This document shows positions 1 through 48,930 of a stretch of 64,000 nucleotides of DNA, piece after piece. The stretch comes from Octopus bimaculoides (taxonomy: Eukaryota), in the NCBI RefSeq assembly GCF_001194135.2, contig NC_068991.1:54694361-54758360 (forward strand). The letters are read 5' to 3'. Position numbers and translations under genes: made by a program. Positions within the stretch are counted from its first letter, which is position 1, and the number at the start of each line of letters is the position of its first letter. The notes below the pieces were generated by a model, which saw only the letters and a list, made by a program, of their open reading frames with translations, searched no databases and had not been told where the DNA came from.

Positions 1-374
1 TTGTGGTCACTATGCCTTCCCTAAAGTGCTATATTATTATTACATGATGGTGTTGTTGGTAACGGTGAAGAAAATAACTTGTGTTGTCTTTGTTTTTTGT
101 AGTTCTTGTTGTTGTATCTCCATTTATATTAAGGCAGAATTATTGAATATTTTCAATACTTCAACTCATTTATTCAACAACATTTAACTCAGAGAAATAT
201 TGTTTTTATTTCTTCTATAAATGAAAGATTGACAATCAACAAATTAATATTTTGCAATCAGATTAAACCAATACATTTCAAACTAGATTTATATTTCCTA
301 AGAAATATTGTTATAATTTGATTTCAAATACTGACTGGAGACACTAACAACATACAACAAAAAACATCATATAT

Positions 375-377
375 ATG

Positions 378-442
<65 letters not shown>

Positions 443-480
443 ATACATGTATGTATATATACACAAACACACATACACAC
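375..480. repeat. (TA)n/(CA)n microsatellite; similar tracts at about 9000-9160, 11077-11120, 11285-11465, 35130-35175, 35723-35785, 40655-40699
   Basis: Directly visible. Confidence 0.95.
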
Positions 481-1482
481 ACATGTGCATAGAGGTGTGC
501 ATGATTTCAGTACAATCTTCTATATCTTCAAATATACATTTTTTTTTATATTCTTTGCCTGAGTTGGTGCCAGCAAACAGTCAATTTTCTGTGTCTTCAT
601 CTTCTTCATTTGGTTTGAATTCTAGTCACCACATAATTTCATTCTTGAATGTACTTTTCTTTATTATTTAACGAATGCATATCTTTTACTATTCATTAAT
701 TAATTTGTTCATTAACAGATATCTGTTCCTGCTTACTTATGTCTTTTTCTATTCTATATTCTGCCTTATTTTGAGTCATATATATTTATTTATTTATTTT
801 ATACATTTATCTCTTATTTTCAAACTCTCAAACCTATTCCTTTATGTTGAATGTTTTTGTATCATTTGAAATATTCTGTCGCTTTGAAATAGTTTATTGT
901 TATTGGTGCTATACAATTTGATAGTTTGTTTTTATTTTATTTTTTACATATTTCTTTTTATGCATGAAAAATTTAAAAATCGTGTGTTTCATTACAAATT
1001 GAAAATGATCCAAATTAGAAAAATGTAAGCATTTGTGTGTGTCTAGTTTTTCAAAGACATATATTTAAATAAAGGAATGAAGGGAAATTTTCCTCATGAT
1101 ATTGGTGTTGTTAGTCTTACAGGTATGATAAATATTTATAGAAAAAGTAGTTATTCTAATTGAAATACAAATATTTATGGCAGTCAGCAAAAATGTATTT
1201 TTTGTAGGAGATGGGGTATTTTACAATACTTTCATCACCATCATCATTCTTATCATCTTCCACATTAATATTTTCATTAAAATCATCATAATTACAGTAG
1301 TTATAACATGGCTACATATCTGAGTAGTAAATATAACCTTTGCCAGTTATTAACTCTCTAAACACCATTTATCTGACAAAGTCATTTTCAGAATTCTAAA
1401 CTATCATATTTTGTTGTACCTCAAGAGGGTCCATATTGCTTGCACTGGTTCAGTTTTTTCTTTTATCTCTTTTGGTTAAGTG

Positions 1483-1697
1483 AAGGCAGTGAGCTGACAG
1501 AATTGTTAGCATATCGGACAATGCTTGGTGGCATTTAGTCTGTCTTTACATTCTGAGTTCAAATTCCACTGAAGTCAACTTTGCCTTCTATCCTTTTGGA
1601 GTCGATAAAATAAGCACCAGTCAAATTCTGAGGACGATGTAATCAACTTACCCCTCCCCTTAAAAATTGCTGGCCCTATGCCAAAATTTGAAGCCAT
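1483..1697 (+). mobile_element. SINE family A
   Basis: aaggcagtgagctg...ctgagttcaaattcc...ttgcctt..atcctttt consensus shared by many copies in the window. Confidence 0.8.
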
Positions 1698-2260
1698 TGT
1701 TTTTGGTCAATTGGTTAACTATTTAACCAATTAATTAATCAATTGTTTGATTAATCATTCGTTCAGTCAGTCAATCAATCAATCAGCTAGGTGATGAAAC
1801 AACTTTGACAAACATATCACATGTTCTTTACTCAGTTTTGAAAATTACAGATGACCAAGTCAGTAAGATAATGGCCAATTAGCTAAAGGAGTAACAGCTT
1901 ATAATCCTCTCCTGGAACTACACTTTCTGTGAAGAAGACACTCAGCACACCCATTAGCTTACAGCACCTCTGGTACAATTCTCCATTGCAATTAATGGGT
2001 GTTTATCAAATATCAGTGCTGAATTCAACCGTCAACATTAAACTACATCATCAAAAGAGTCCTTTCTCTTTTTCAAGAGAATTTGGTATTATATTAAAGA
2101 TTTATTCACTACTTTTGGTAGATCAAATGACCATATAGAGATTTCATCATTGGTTCATCAGAAGCAATTATTAAGTTTCATATTTATCACTAATGATACT
2201 ATTGTTCATATTTACATCATTTACATTTGATGATTATTTGTCCTCATCTTGTTTGTTGTT

Positions 2261-2303
2261 AACACATTTCGGCTGATATACCCTCCAACCTTCATCAGGT
2301 GTC
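2261..2303 (-). ncRNA. Hammerhead copy with 3-nt deletion at stem III/cleavage site
   Basis: Reverse complement reads GACAC-CTGATGA-A-GGTTG-loop-CAGCC-GAAA-T-GTGTT. Confidence 0.55.
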
Positions 2304-2350
2304 TTGGGGAAATTTCAAATCTGGGTTCTCATTCCTAAGGTATTTTCCAA

Positions 2351-2398
<48 letters not shown>

Positions 2399-2418
2399 TA
2401 TTATTTATTACTATTATT

Positions 2419-2495
2419 CAGGTCACTGCTTGGAATCAAACTCAGAATCTTGGGGTTAGTAGCCCGTGCCTTAACCACTATGCCATATGCCCATG
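2419..2495 (-). promoter_or_regulatory. tRNA-like head with Pol III A and B boxes
   Basis: A box TGGCATAGTGG (2485-2475), anticodon-like arm GGG-CTACTAA-CCC, B box GAGTTTGATTCC (2443-2432); intact B box GAGTTCGATTCC at 2991-3002 (+). Confidence 0.65.
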
Positions 2496-2839
2496 GGCAT
2501 TTAGTTGATGTTTTTCCCAATGGTTGTAATGGTTCCTCTCACAGACGAGGACATGTCCTGCTCTTTCTGCTATTCCTCTAGCTTTATATGAATCTTCTGG
2601 TGTCATTATATTCAAGCCAGGTGATATTAGCTTTGAGTCTCTACATCTACACAAGAAAGTTAGATGGTTTGAAAGACGAGCTAGTTTTGATGGAGTTTCT
2701 CTATATGTCTCTATTGAAGTCTAATGTCAGCTCCATACTGATTAGATAATATAGTTCTATATTTAAGACATGAGGAATTATGTACATTATTTACATTATT
2801 TACATTTGACAGACATTTGTCCTCATCTTCTTTGTTGTT

Positions 2840-2885
2840 AACACAACGTTTTGGTTGATATACCCTCCAGCCTTCATCAGGTGTC
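2840..2885 (-). ncRNA. Hammerhead copy with mutated core (GAAA to AAAA)
   Basis: Reverse complement reads GACAC-CTGATGA-A-GGCTG-loop-CAACC-AAAAC-GTT-GTGTT. Confidence 0.6.
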
Positions 2886-3011
2886 TTGGGGAAATTTCGA
2901 ACCTGGGTTCTCATTCCTAAGGTATTTTTCGATGTTATTATTATTATTATTCAGGTCACTGAACTCAGAATCTTGGGGTTAAAAGATTCCGAGTTCGATT
3001 CCAAGCAGTGA

Positions 3012-3055
<44 letters not shown>

Positions 3056-3102
3056 TCAAAAAATACCTTAGGAATGAGAACCCAGGTTCGAAATTTCCCC
3101 AA

Positions 3103-3148
3103 GACACCTGATGAAGGCTGGAGGGTATATTAGCCGAAACGTTGTGTT
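3103..3148 (+). ncRNA. Minimal type-I hammerhead ribozyme (intact core)
   Basis: GACAC-CTGATGA-A-GGCTG-(10-nt loop)-TAGCC-GAAAC-GTT-GTGTT; stem I 5 bp, stem II 5 bp, palindromic AACGTT stem III. Confidence 0.75.
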
Positions 3149-3300
3149 AGCAACAAACAAGATGAGAACAAATATCCATCAAATGTAAATAATGTACATA
3201 ATTCCTCATCTCTTAAATATAGAACAATACTATTGTTGTTATCAAAGTCTCTGAGTTACAGACATAATGATGACAATGACAATATTACAATAGTTGCGTG

Positions 3301-3525
3301 AAGGCAGCAAACTGACAGAATCATAATGTGCCAAGCAAAATGCTTAGTGGCATTTCGTCCTTCATTACATTCTGAGTTCAAATTCCACTGAAGCCAACTT
3401 TACCTTTCATCTTTTTGAGGTCAGTAAAATAAGTTCCAGTTGAAGACTGAAGTCGATGTAATCACTTACCACCACCTACACCTCCATGCCAAAATTGCTG
3501 GCCTTGTGCGAAAATTTGAAACTAA
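3301..3525 (+). mobile_element. SINE family A
   Basis: Same consensus as 1483-1697. Confidence 0.8.
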
Positions 3526-4285
3526 TATTACAATAGTTGTGTTACTATTGGATTATGCCATTATTGCAAATAACATACCTTTTAATTTAAGATTTCATTC
3601 TCAGCAACGTTAAGTGATTCGAATAAAATATTAGCTTCTGTATGGTGAGGAGATAACAAATACCTCTAAAATCGATTGCACTTACAATCGCTAAATCTTG
3701 GGTTTAATTCCCAGATCAAGCAATGCTTTGTGTTCTTGAGCAAAGCACTTCATTTCCCCTCCGACTGAAAGGGACATTGGAGCAATATGTTATTATCCTT
3801 ATCCTCATTTTAATATATTTTCTTCCCCTGTTAGTATGGTTCAGACAGATGTACAATAGTCTTATTTCATGCCTCTTGTTTTCTCCTCCTTTATCATATC
3901 TCATCAATCTTACAAGTAGTTTTTCTTCTTACACCATTTTCACTCTGCATTTTCCATTTATAATACATGTAGTATTATCTCCTGTATATGATGTCTACTT
4001 ATGATTAGCAACTTTTGTTAGATTATTGCCACATTAGTATTTTCACTGAAATTTTTTATTAAAATATAATGTTTTTTTAAGACAGTAGGGTGTGATTTGA
4101 GGGAAGGTTCACTTCTGTTTTTAGCAGTTTATGGATAGAATTTCTCAAATTTTCATCTGTACAATACAATTTGTATATATCACCATTTTCTCAGCATTCA
4201 TTTGAGATTTTGTTTTTTTTATATATTTCCTGTTCTGTTTTTATTTCACAAGTTTTATAATTTCTTTTTTTATCATTATTATTCC

Positions 4286-4349
<64 letters not shown>

Positions 4350-4437
4350 GCTCTATTTTGCTGGAAATGTCTTCATCAATTTTAGCTGTCCTGCTTAGTT
4401 ATCAATTATTACCTTTCATTTGCCTCTGCCCTATCAG

Positions 4438-42550
<38,113 letters not shown>

Positions 42551-44150
42551 AAACAGAGCTGATCCATTTAACTGTGATTGATGTTAGGTAGTTGATCAAC
42601 TACAGGTCGAGAAATGTTCTTACCCGAATGATGGACCACAGACTTACAGATACCATCAGAATTTTATAGGACAAACATAAAAGTATTTTCACAACAGATT
42701 TCTGAAACCGAATTACAACAACTGTATCCACGATTAGAACATTTCAGAGCTGCCTCTGTCAGTTTGTGTGTATTTGTGTTTGAATATATGAGATCTTGTG
42801 TTTGGGAAGTAGCTTTAAATGTACATGTGGATTCTCCTGTCTCCAGTTGTTCATCATGGAGACTACGAAGCAGAACTGTGGCCAAACATACCTTCAAAAA
42901 GAAATGCAAATATATACATGTATTTTAATCTTTGTGTTTGATAACAATACCTAACCGTTTTGATTCTTCTTGATTCAAACCCCCACCCCCTCTTAATTGC
43001 AAATTTCTTTGAGGTTTTGGTCCTTTCTTGAAGGACCTTACTCTTTTCTTAAATTAAACAAAACAAATTTGTGCACATGTCAATACAGATATAAATCAAA
43101 AGAAGAAATGAAATATTGTCGTAAAACAAGAAAAAAATGAAACCCACCAAATTTTCTTATGATAGATTTTTATAAGTATTTTTTGAACTATATGGAAAAT
43201 AAAAAAAAATCCATAAAAATGGAAATATTGCTATAATTTGATATTTATAACTTTTACCCTGATTTTCCATTTATGAAGTTTGAAACGGAGGACTTCAGAA
43301 CCCAGTTTGGAAGTTCCCAGGTCCAGCTTTGTCCCTTCCAAGAATGAAAAACAAAAATAAAGATTTTAAAAATTGATTTTTTTTTCCTAACTTATTGCAT
43401 GTTTTCTGGGATTTTTTTCTACCAGTATATTCCTTCTTTTTTTTTTCTTTCTCTATTTGAGATCTTAAATTATTATTATTTACATAGAGACTTCTTGGAA
43501 GACTGCATAGATATAAACTAATACAAGTAATAGTACAATATCGTATGATTTGATAGTGTGATATATTTTCAATAGGTTTTCTTGAAGTGAGAAGCAGAAC
43601 TAGATTAACAACTACAAATAAAGTTTTCTCTCTATTTCTTTTAAATAACAATCTAGAATTATTCTAATTAGGATAATAACTCAATGGTTCTTACGTTTTT
43701 TTATGCCACATATTAATTGTGGAGGACTAAAACAGAAATACAAATGCACTTGTGATATCATTTTAATTCTCTATGGCTGCCATCATGGTACAGCAGTATA
43801 TTCTTGGAATATTAAGTTTGTAACACAGTTTCCAATCACAAAGGTACAACTATTACAACTTTCCATATTCCTAACTTTGTACCTTTTAACATTTCTTGCC
43901 TAATTAAGAAATAATTATTTTCACTCTTTCTTTGATTCCATGAAAATTTTTCTTTCCCACTTTCTCTTCAACCTCCACCAACCATTCCCTACCATAATAA
44001 ACTAAGATGGACAGCAAAGAAATTAAGAATATATTTTGTCACACTCTAACTTGTAAACTTATGAAACCTTTCTTTACAAACATTTAATTCCATCAGTTGG
44101 CTGTTTCTTTGGAAATGTGCCAAATAAACTTTCGCTGTTTGACTTTTTAC
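42551..44150 (+). other. Probable RyR 3' UTR
   Basis: About 1.6 kb after the stop with no recognisable SINE or microsatellite, unlike the introns; AATAAA at 44123-44128. Earlier AATAAA copies near 43200-43620 are alternatives. Confidence 0.5.
44123..44128 (+). terminator. Candidate polyadenylation signal AATAAA
   Basis: AATAAA followed by U/GU-rich ctttcgctgtttgactttt. Confidence 0.4.
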
Positions 44151-45019
44151 ACAATATCTTACACAACTGTAAAAATCTTACACGACTAAAAAAATCAAGA
44201 CAAACTGATTAAAAATTTGTTTAGAAATTATTTTGTCCAATCTTGTAATTTTTCTTCTTTTTCAGCAAGTATTTGTCAATTCAGTGGGGAACAGGAGGGC
44301 TGAGGGCTACTCTGTGTCTAATGATTTGTAAGCTGCCATGCTGAAGTCAAATTCACTGACCAAGAGAAGGTTACAGTAAGAGAGAAGGTTGTCTTCAGCT
44401 TTCTATCAGTACTGTTAACAGATCTTGACTTTGGGTTTTTAACCAGTAAAAAAAAATATGCCAAATGATGTTCTAAGTTTGATCCTACTATGAAGTATTT
44501 GGGGCAAATGTCTTCTACCATAGCCTTCTAGTGGAACTTCCTTCTATCAGAGCCTTCTACCATAGTCTTCCATTATAACTTTCATTTATCCCATATGTCT
44601 TCTGCCATAGTTTTCTAGCAGTCCTGTGAATAAAACTGAAAAAGCATTACCTATGAAGCCGGTCAGATGAATTGGATATGAAATTAAAAAACCAGCACTG
44701 TCATCACACAGTGCCACACTGATTGTGATTGAAGATTACATTAAGAGCTCTCGTGTCTGTAGAATTGTCAACCCTTTATATACACCAATACATTGGGGAG
44801 ACAGTTCTATTAATCAAACAGCCAAAATGCTCATCATTGCATCCAATAGAAGATCCATTTTATTTATTTGCAATAGTCCATTCAAAACACTCAAAAATCT
44901 TATGACAGTCATTTCAAATGATGACCCTGTCTCTGTTCCATGGATTAAGTCATTTGTTTCTGGATCGTAAACATAAGGCCAAGTTGCATCTCTTGTCACC
45001 AGATCAGGAAAAATAACAT

Positions 45020-45185
45020 GGACACAGGTATGGTTGTGTGGTAAAAAATTTACTTCCCAATCACATGGATCTAGGTTCAATCACACTGTGTGGAACCTTG
45101 GGCAAGTGTCACCTACTCTAGCCTTGGGCCGACCAAATATTTGTGAGTGAATATGGTAGACAGAAACTGAATGAAGACCATCATA
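45020..45185 (+). mobile_element. SINE family B head
   Basis: ggttgtgtggtaaaaaatttacttccc...gtagacagaaactga. Confidence 0.7.
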
Positions 45186-45277
45186 TATGTGTATGTATAT
45201 ATATCATCATCATCGTCATTTAACATCGTTTAACATCCATCTTCCATGCATGTATGGGTAGGACTATATATATATAT

Positions 45278-45312
<35 letters not shown>

Positions 45313-45313
<1 letters not shown>

Positions 45314-45445
45314 GTGCAGGAGTGGCTGTGTGGTAAGGAACTTGCTTACCAACCACATGGTTCCGGGTTCATTCCCACTGCGTGGCACCTTGGGCAAATG
45401 TCTTCTACTATAGCCTAGGGCCGACCAAAGCCTGTCGTATATATG

Positions 45446-45503
<58 letters not shown>

Positions 45504-45710
45504 TTTGTGTGTCTGTGTTTGTTCCCCCAACATCGCTTGACAACCGATGGTGGTGTGTTTACATCCCCGTAACTTAGCGGTTCGGCAAAAGAGACTGATA
45601 GAATAAGTACTAAGCTTACAAAGAATAAGTCCTGGGGTCGATTTACTCGACTAAAGGTGGTGCCCAAGCATGGTCGCAACCTAATTTATAAAACAAGTAT
45701 AAGATAAGAT
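45313..45710 (+). mobile_element. SINE family B, complete (tRNA-like head - microsatellite - tail)
   Basis: ggtgcaggagtggctgtgtggtaag...gttccgggttcattccc...(gt)n...gatagaataagtac...aaggtggtgc. Confidence 0.85.
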
Positions 45711-45719
45711 ACATCTTCA

Positions 45720-46140
45720 TTCATTACCTTAAATGTTTCCAGCAGTTCAGAACAGATTTCTGTCCTTCTTTCTTTCAAATCATTTACTGGTTGCTGAGAA
45801 ACCTACTTCACACAGACTTTCCAGTAACTAAGGACTTCCAACATCTTCTGCAATGCATATTTAACAACAGTCCTGTCATCCAGAAAACTCAAGGATTGTC
45901 ACTCATCTATTGGCACAAATAAATTCTCCCAACCACTGGTGATTCTTGTCAAGTGTTGCATTTGGTCTACTTTTGTATGGTTTGTCTTCAATGATGGTTT
46001 CCACTCCTTTAAACTTCGTTTATCTGAAGAAGTCTAACTCTTTAGCATTTCATCCAGCTGTATCCAACCCAGATATTCTAGCTGTTTTATTTTAAAATCG
46101 ACCAGATGCAGCTTTTCACACCTTCTCTACGATGTCATTC
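45720..46140 (-). mobile_element. Degenerate mariner transposase relic
   Basis: Minus-strand pieces IEDKPYKSRP (EDxxRSGRP-like), NR*VTI, WKVCVK*VSQ (WVP motif), EICSELL. Confidence 0.55.
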
Positions 46141-48789
46141 TAAAAATATATAAACACACTATTGGAATCTTGAAGCTACAAAATGTATGATTAATTCAAA
46201 ACAGTGAATAAACAAGCATTGCATTTGATTGAATTATTTGAATGCTAAAGGTCTAAAGGAGAAATTGCTCTTGTCAATGATGTCATCACTGTAAACATCC
46301 TGTAGCTTTCTGTGGATGTCAAACAGCCAGCACCACTATTTTGTCAGTCAATGATGACATGTTGCTTCTGCTAGGAACTTGCTATTTGCCTACAATTAAG
46401 GAGAACAGAATGATGAATTACTGCAGAGGAAGAGTATCTGTATCTCTACCAACATGTACAATTTGAAAGGCCTGTGTGAGTTAATAAAAGGTTATGCCTA
46501 CTTTTGGATTGCTTTCATTTCAATCCTCATACATGTGTGTGTGTGTGTGTAGACATATAAGATGAAATAATGGTGCATTCAATATTGAGAACCAAACTTC
46601 ATGGCAGCTGATTTAGTAACAGATCCAAACTATAACCTGTCACTAGCCAAAATAGAACTAAAGCAGCCTCTTTTGTTTGTTGGGCTATTATGATTCAGCT
46701 TTGTTTTGAGGGTCCTCTTCTGGTTTGTAAGACATGCAATATATGTTTTTTTTTTAATGATGAATAAAACCTGAGAAGGTAAATTAATGTTAATTTACTC
46801 CAAGATCTGATATGATCGTTCCAGGCAAGATTTTTAGAAAAGAATATTTTTTCTCTTTATTAATTTAATCTTTATGTTGTAAAGACAAAATATTTTTCTC
46901 TTAATTTAATTTTTGTCCTAAAGAAAAGATTTTTTACAGAATGACAAAAGTGGGGGGAAAATGTAAGTTTTGGATGAAAAAAAATTAATAAACATGTGGT
47001 TAATTGATTTCTTTACTTTTGATGTCGTATAGAAAAGAAGAAAAGATTTTACAGGATGGCAAAAGTATGCGCGGGGGTGGGGTAAAAACAAAAACAGACA
47101 AAAAATAACGAAAACAACGTCCATTGTTCTCTCACTCTTTCTGGAAGGGTCGAAGGATAAAGCTGTTGCTTGGCGTGAATGTGTGCCAATGTTGCTGGAA
47201 TGAGTTGTTGGTTAGTTTGCTGAAAGCTGCGTATAATAACGAGACAACACCAAGCAAACATTTAAACATGACTTATTCTTTTCTACTCTAGGCACAAGGC
47301 CCGAAATTTGGTGTCTGTTTATATACAGCATTTGTTGCTACAATACAATGCTTCATGCAATACAGAGTCAATCATATATGAACAACGGGTTTTTGCAGGT
47401 GCCGCAGTTCTTCGACAGATAATTGATAATTAGGCTGATTTTCCTCATCACTGCAATTACGTATGGCCGTGTTGATTCTTCACCCATCTCCGGGTTGGGT
47501 ATAGAGATGTGAAAAAAATTATTAGGAGAATCGCACTAGTTTGAGTATGAAGCTGTTAAAACAGTTATGAGAGAGAAATTTCACCAGAGAATGATTCAAC
47601 AAAATTCGAATTCCTTCTGCCTTTTCGCACTTATTTAAGGCCTTCATTGAAGGAAACTTCTAGAACTTATCACGTAAACAAAAAGTTTTGATTGGCTGAA
47701 ATGGGGTCTGCATGCATGATAAAATCACGATTTACATGTGATCGGAAATGGAGTTGAAAACCACTGTCATACTTTTATTGGTGATCGTACTTGTGGCGAA
47801 CTCTAGTGAACTTCCTCTCTCCTTTATTATATATACATACATCCGAATGTAGCAGATACCAGCTAACCTTTGGGTGCTCTTTGGACCCCGTTGTGTCCAC
47901 CACTCTGATTGGTTGGTATTGGTGCAATTTGTCTCTTACTCTAACGCGCCAATATGCAACCTAACCAATCTAAGTCCCAAAATAAGATCACGTGCAATAG
48001 TCTGTTCACAATCCAATTTTGAGCCTACTGTTACTTATAAAAACTTGACTTCTCCTTGTCTCGAGGTCTTTGGTTCCAGACCTTCTAGGGTTTAGCCACA
48101 TGACGCAGTCAGTTCCAGCGATGACACCAGACAACACCCGTCCAACAGCATTACAGTGACCTCCATCTTCACCGCCACCATTATGTCTCTCACCGACGTC
48201 ATCAACAACATCTCTACATACATAGCACTAGCTACACTGCACAGGTTCTAACATAGCGCTGTTCATGAACTACTTCACCACGGTTAACATTAAACATACA
48301 ACCTACGCAGATGCACGTAAATATATCAATAAATCCTTCATAAGCCTTCTACCTGGTTGTGTCTCTTCTCTTTTCCAACTGGCACATTATATATATTATT
48401 TCAACCTTCTGATATGAGTCGTTATTAGATGGTCGCACTACACGCACCATGGACCACTATCTATAATGGTGACCACGACCTTCTATATACTCTTTCGGTC
48501 ATTACCCAACATTCATGACCATATGGGAGGATAGATACAATAACCGAATTGAAGAGAGCAAATTTGGCTTTTTTTGCCAACTACCCCTCTTCTGATGAGC
48601 AAATGCTGGAGCTGGTGCATTACAGTGCCAGCATCTGCGATTCTAGCTTTCAGAAACTTTCCTAAACCAATTGAGGAATCAAGACGTTATGGAGATTGTT
48701 TTCTTCAGCAATTTTTTTTTTTGGTTCAATTGCACAATGCTATGAATGAAAGCGGCTCGTTGTGACGCCAAGTGGCAGAAGTGCCCTCT

Positions 48790-48930
48790 AGTTTAATCAG
48801 GAAGTTAAAGATGCCATCCGTGCAAAGAAGGAGGCTACGAAGCTTGGCTTGGAAATAGGTTGTCACAAAGACAATGAAAAAGTCCAAGACTAAGTCATGG
48901 AAGGACTTTGGGATTAAGCTTGTCGTGAGG
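48790..48930 (+). mobile_element. RTE/Expander-type LINE internal fragment
   Basis: NQEVKDAIRAKKE...AW...KSKTKSWKDFGIKL resembles the RTE APE-RT linker. Confidence 0.45.

Larger units (their letters stand above)
2207..3226 (-). mobile_element. Penelope-like (PLE) non-autonomous insertion: inverted pseudo-LTR + pseudo-LTR + ORF N-terminal relic + tRNA-like head + pseudo-LTR
   Basis: Three copies of a ~200-bp unit (two on -, one on +). Minus-strand relic ORF ...RHIEKLHQ(fs)LARLSNHLTFLCRCRDSKLISPGLNIMTPEDSYKARGIAERAGHVLVCER resembles PLE N-termini. 11-bp direct repeat atactattgtt at 2196-2206 and 3227-3237. Confidence 0.75.

Noticed and set aside
375-671. ORFs of YI/CV/TH/poly-L/Y/H type here and at about 9000, 11200, 15500, 17500 and 35300
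   Set aside because: Translations of microsatellites or ORFs running through N-gaps; no coding signal.
2419-2495. Functional tRNA gene (also for SINE heads elsewhere)
   Set aside because: Acceptor stem does not pair and the sequence runs into repeat bodies; these are tRNA-derived heads, not tRNAs.
1-4437. Search for the preceding RyR exon (expected LKFFDxFLKLKDL-like)
   Set aside because: No matching translation found, so it is presumed upstream of the window.
43295-43651. 118-aa minus-strand ORF
   Set aside because: Low-complexity K/F-rich translation of AT-rich sequence antisense to the RyR 3' UTR; starts at a non-ATG codon.
47340-47835. Possible non-autonomous Helitron on the minus strand (TATATAATAAAG start, CCAAT motif)
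   Set aside because: No clear 3' hairpin/CTRR end found.
48085-48520. Possible LTR with PBS-like TGGTGACCACGA
   Set aside because: No TG...CA termini, second LTR or gag/pol evidence.
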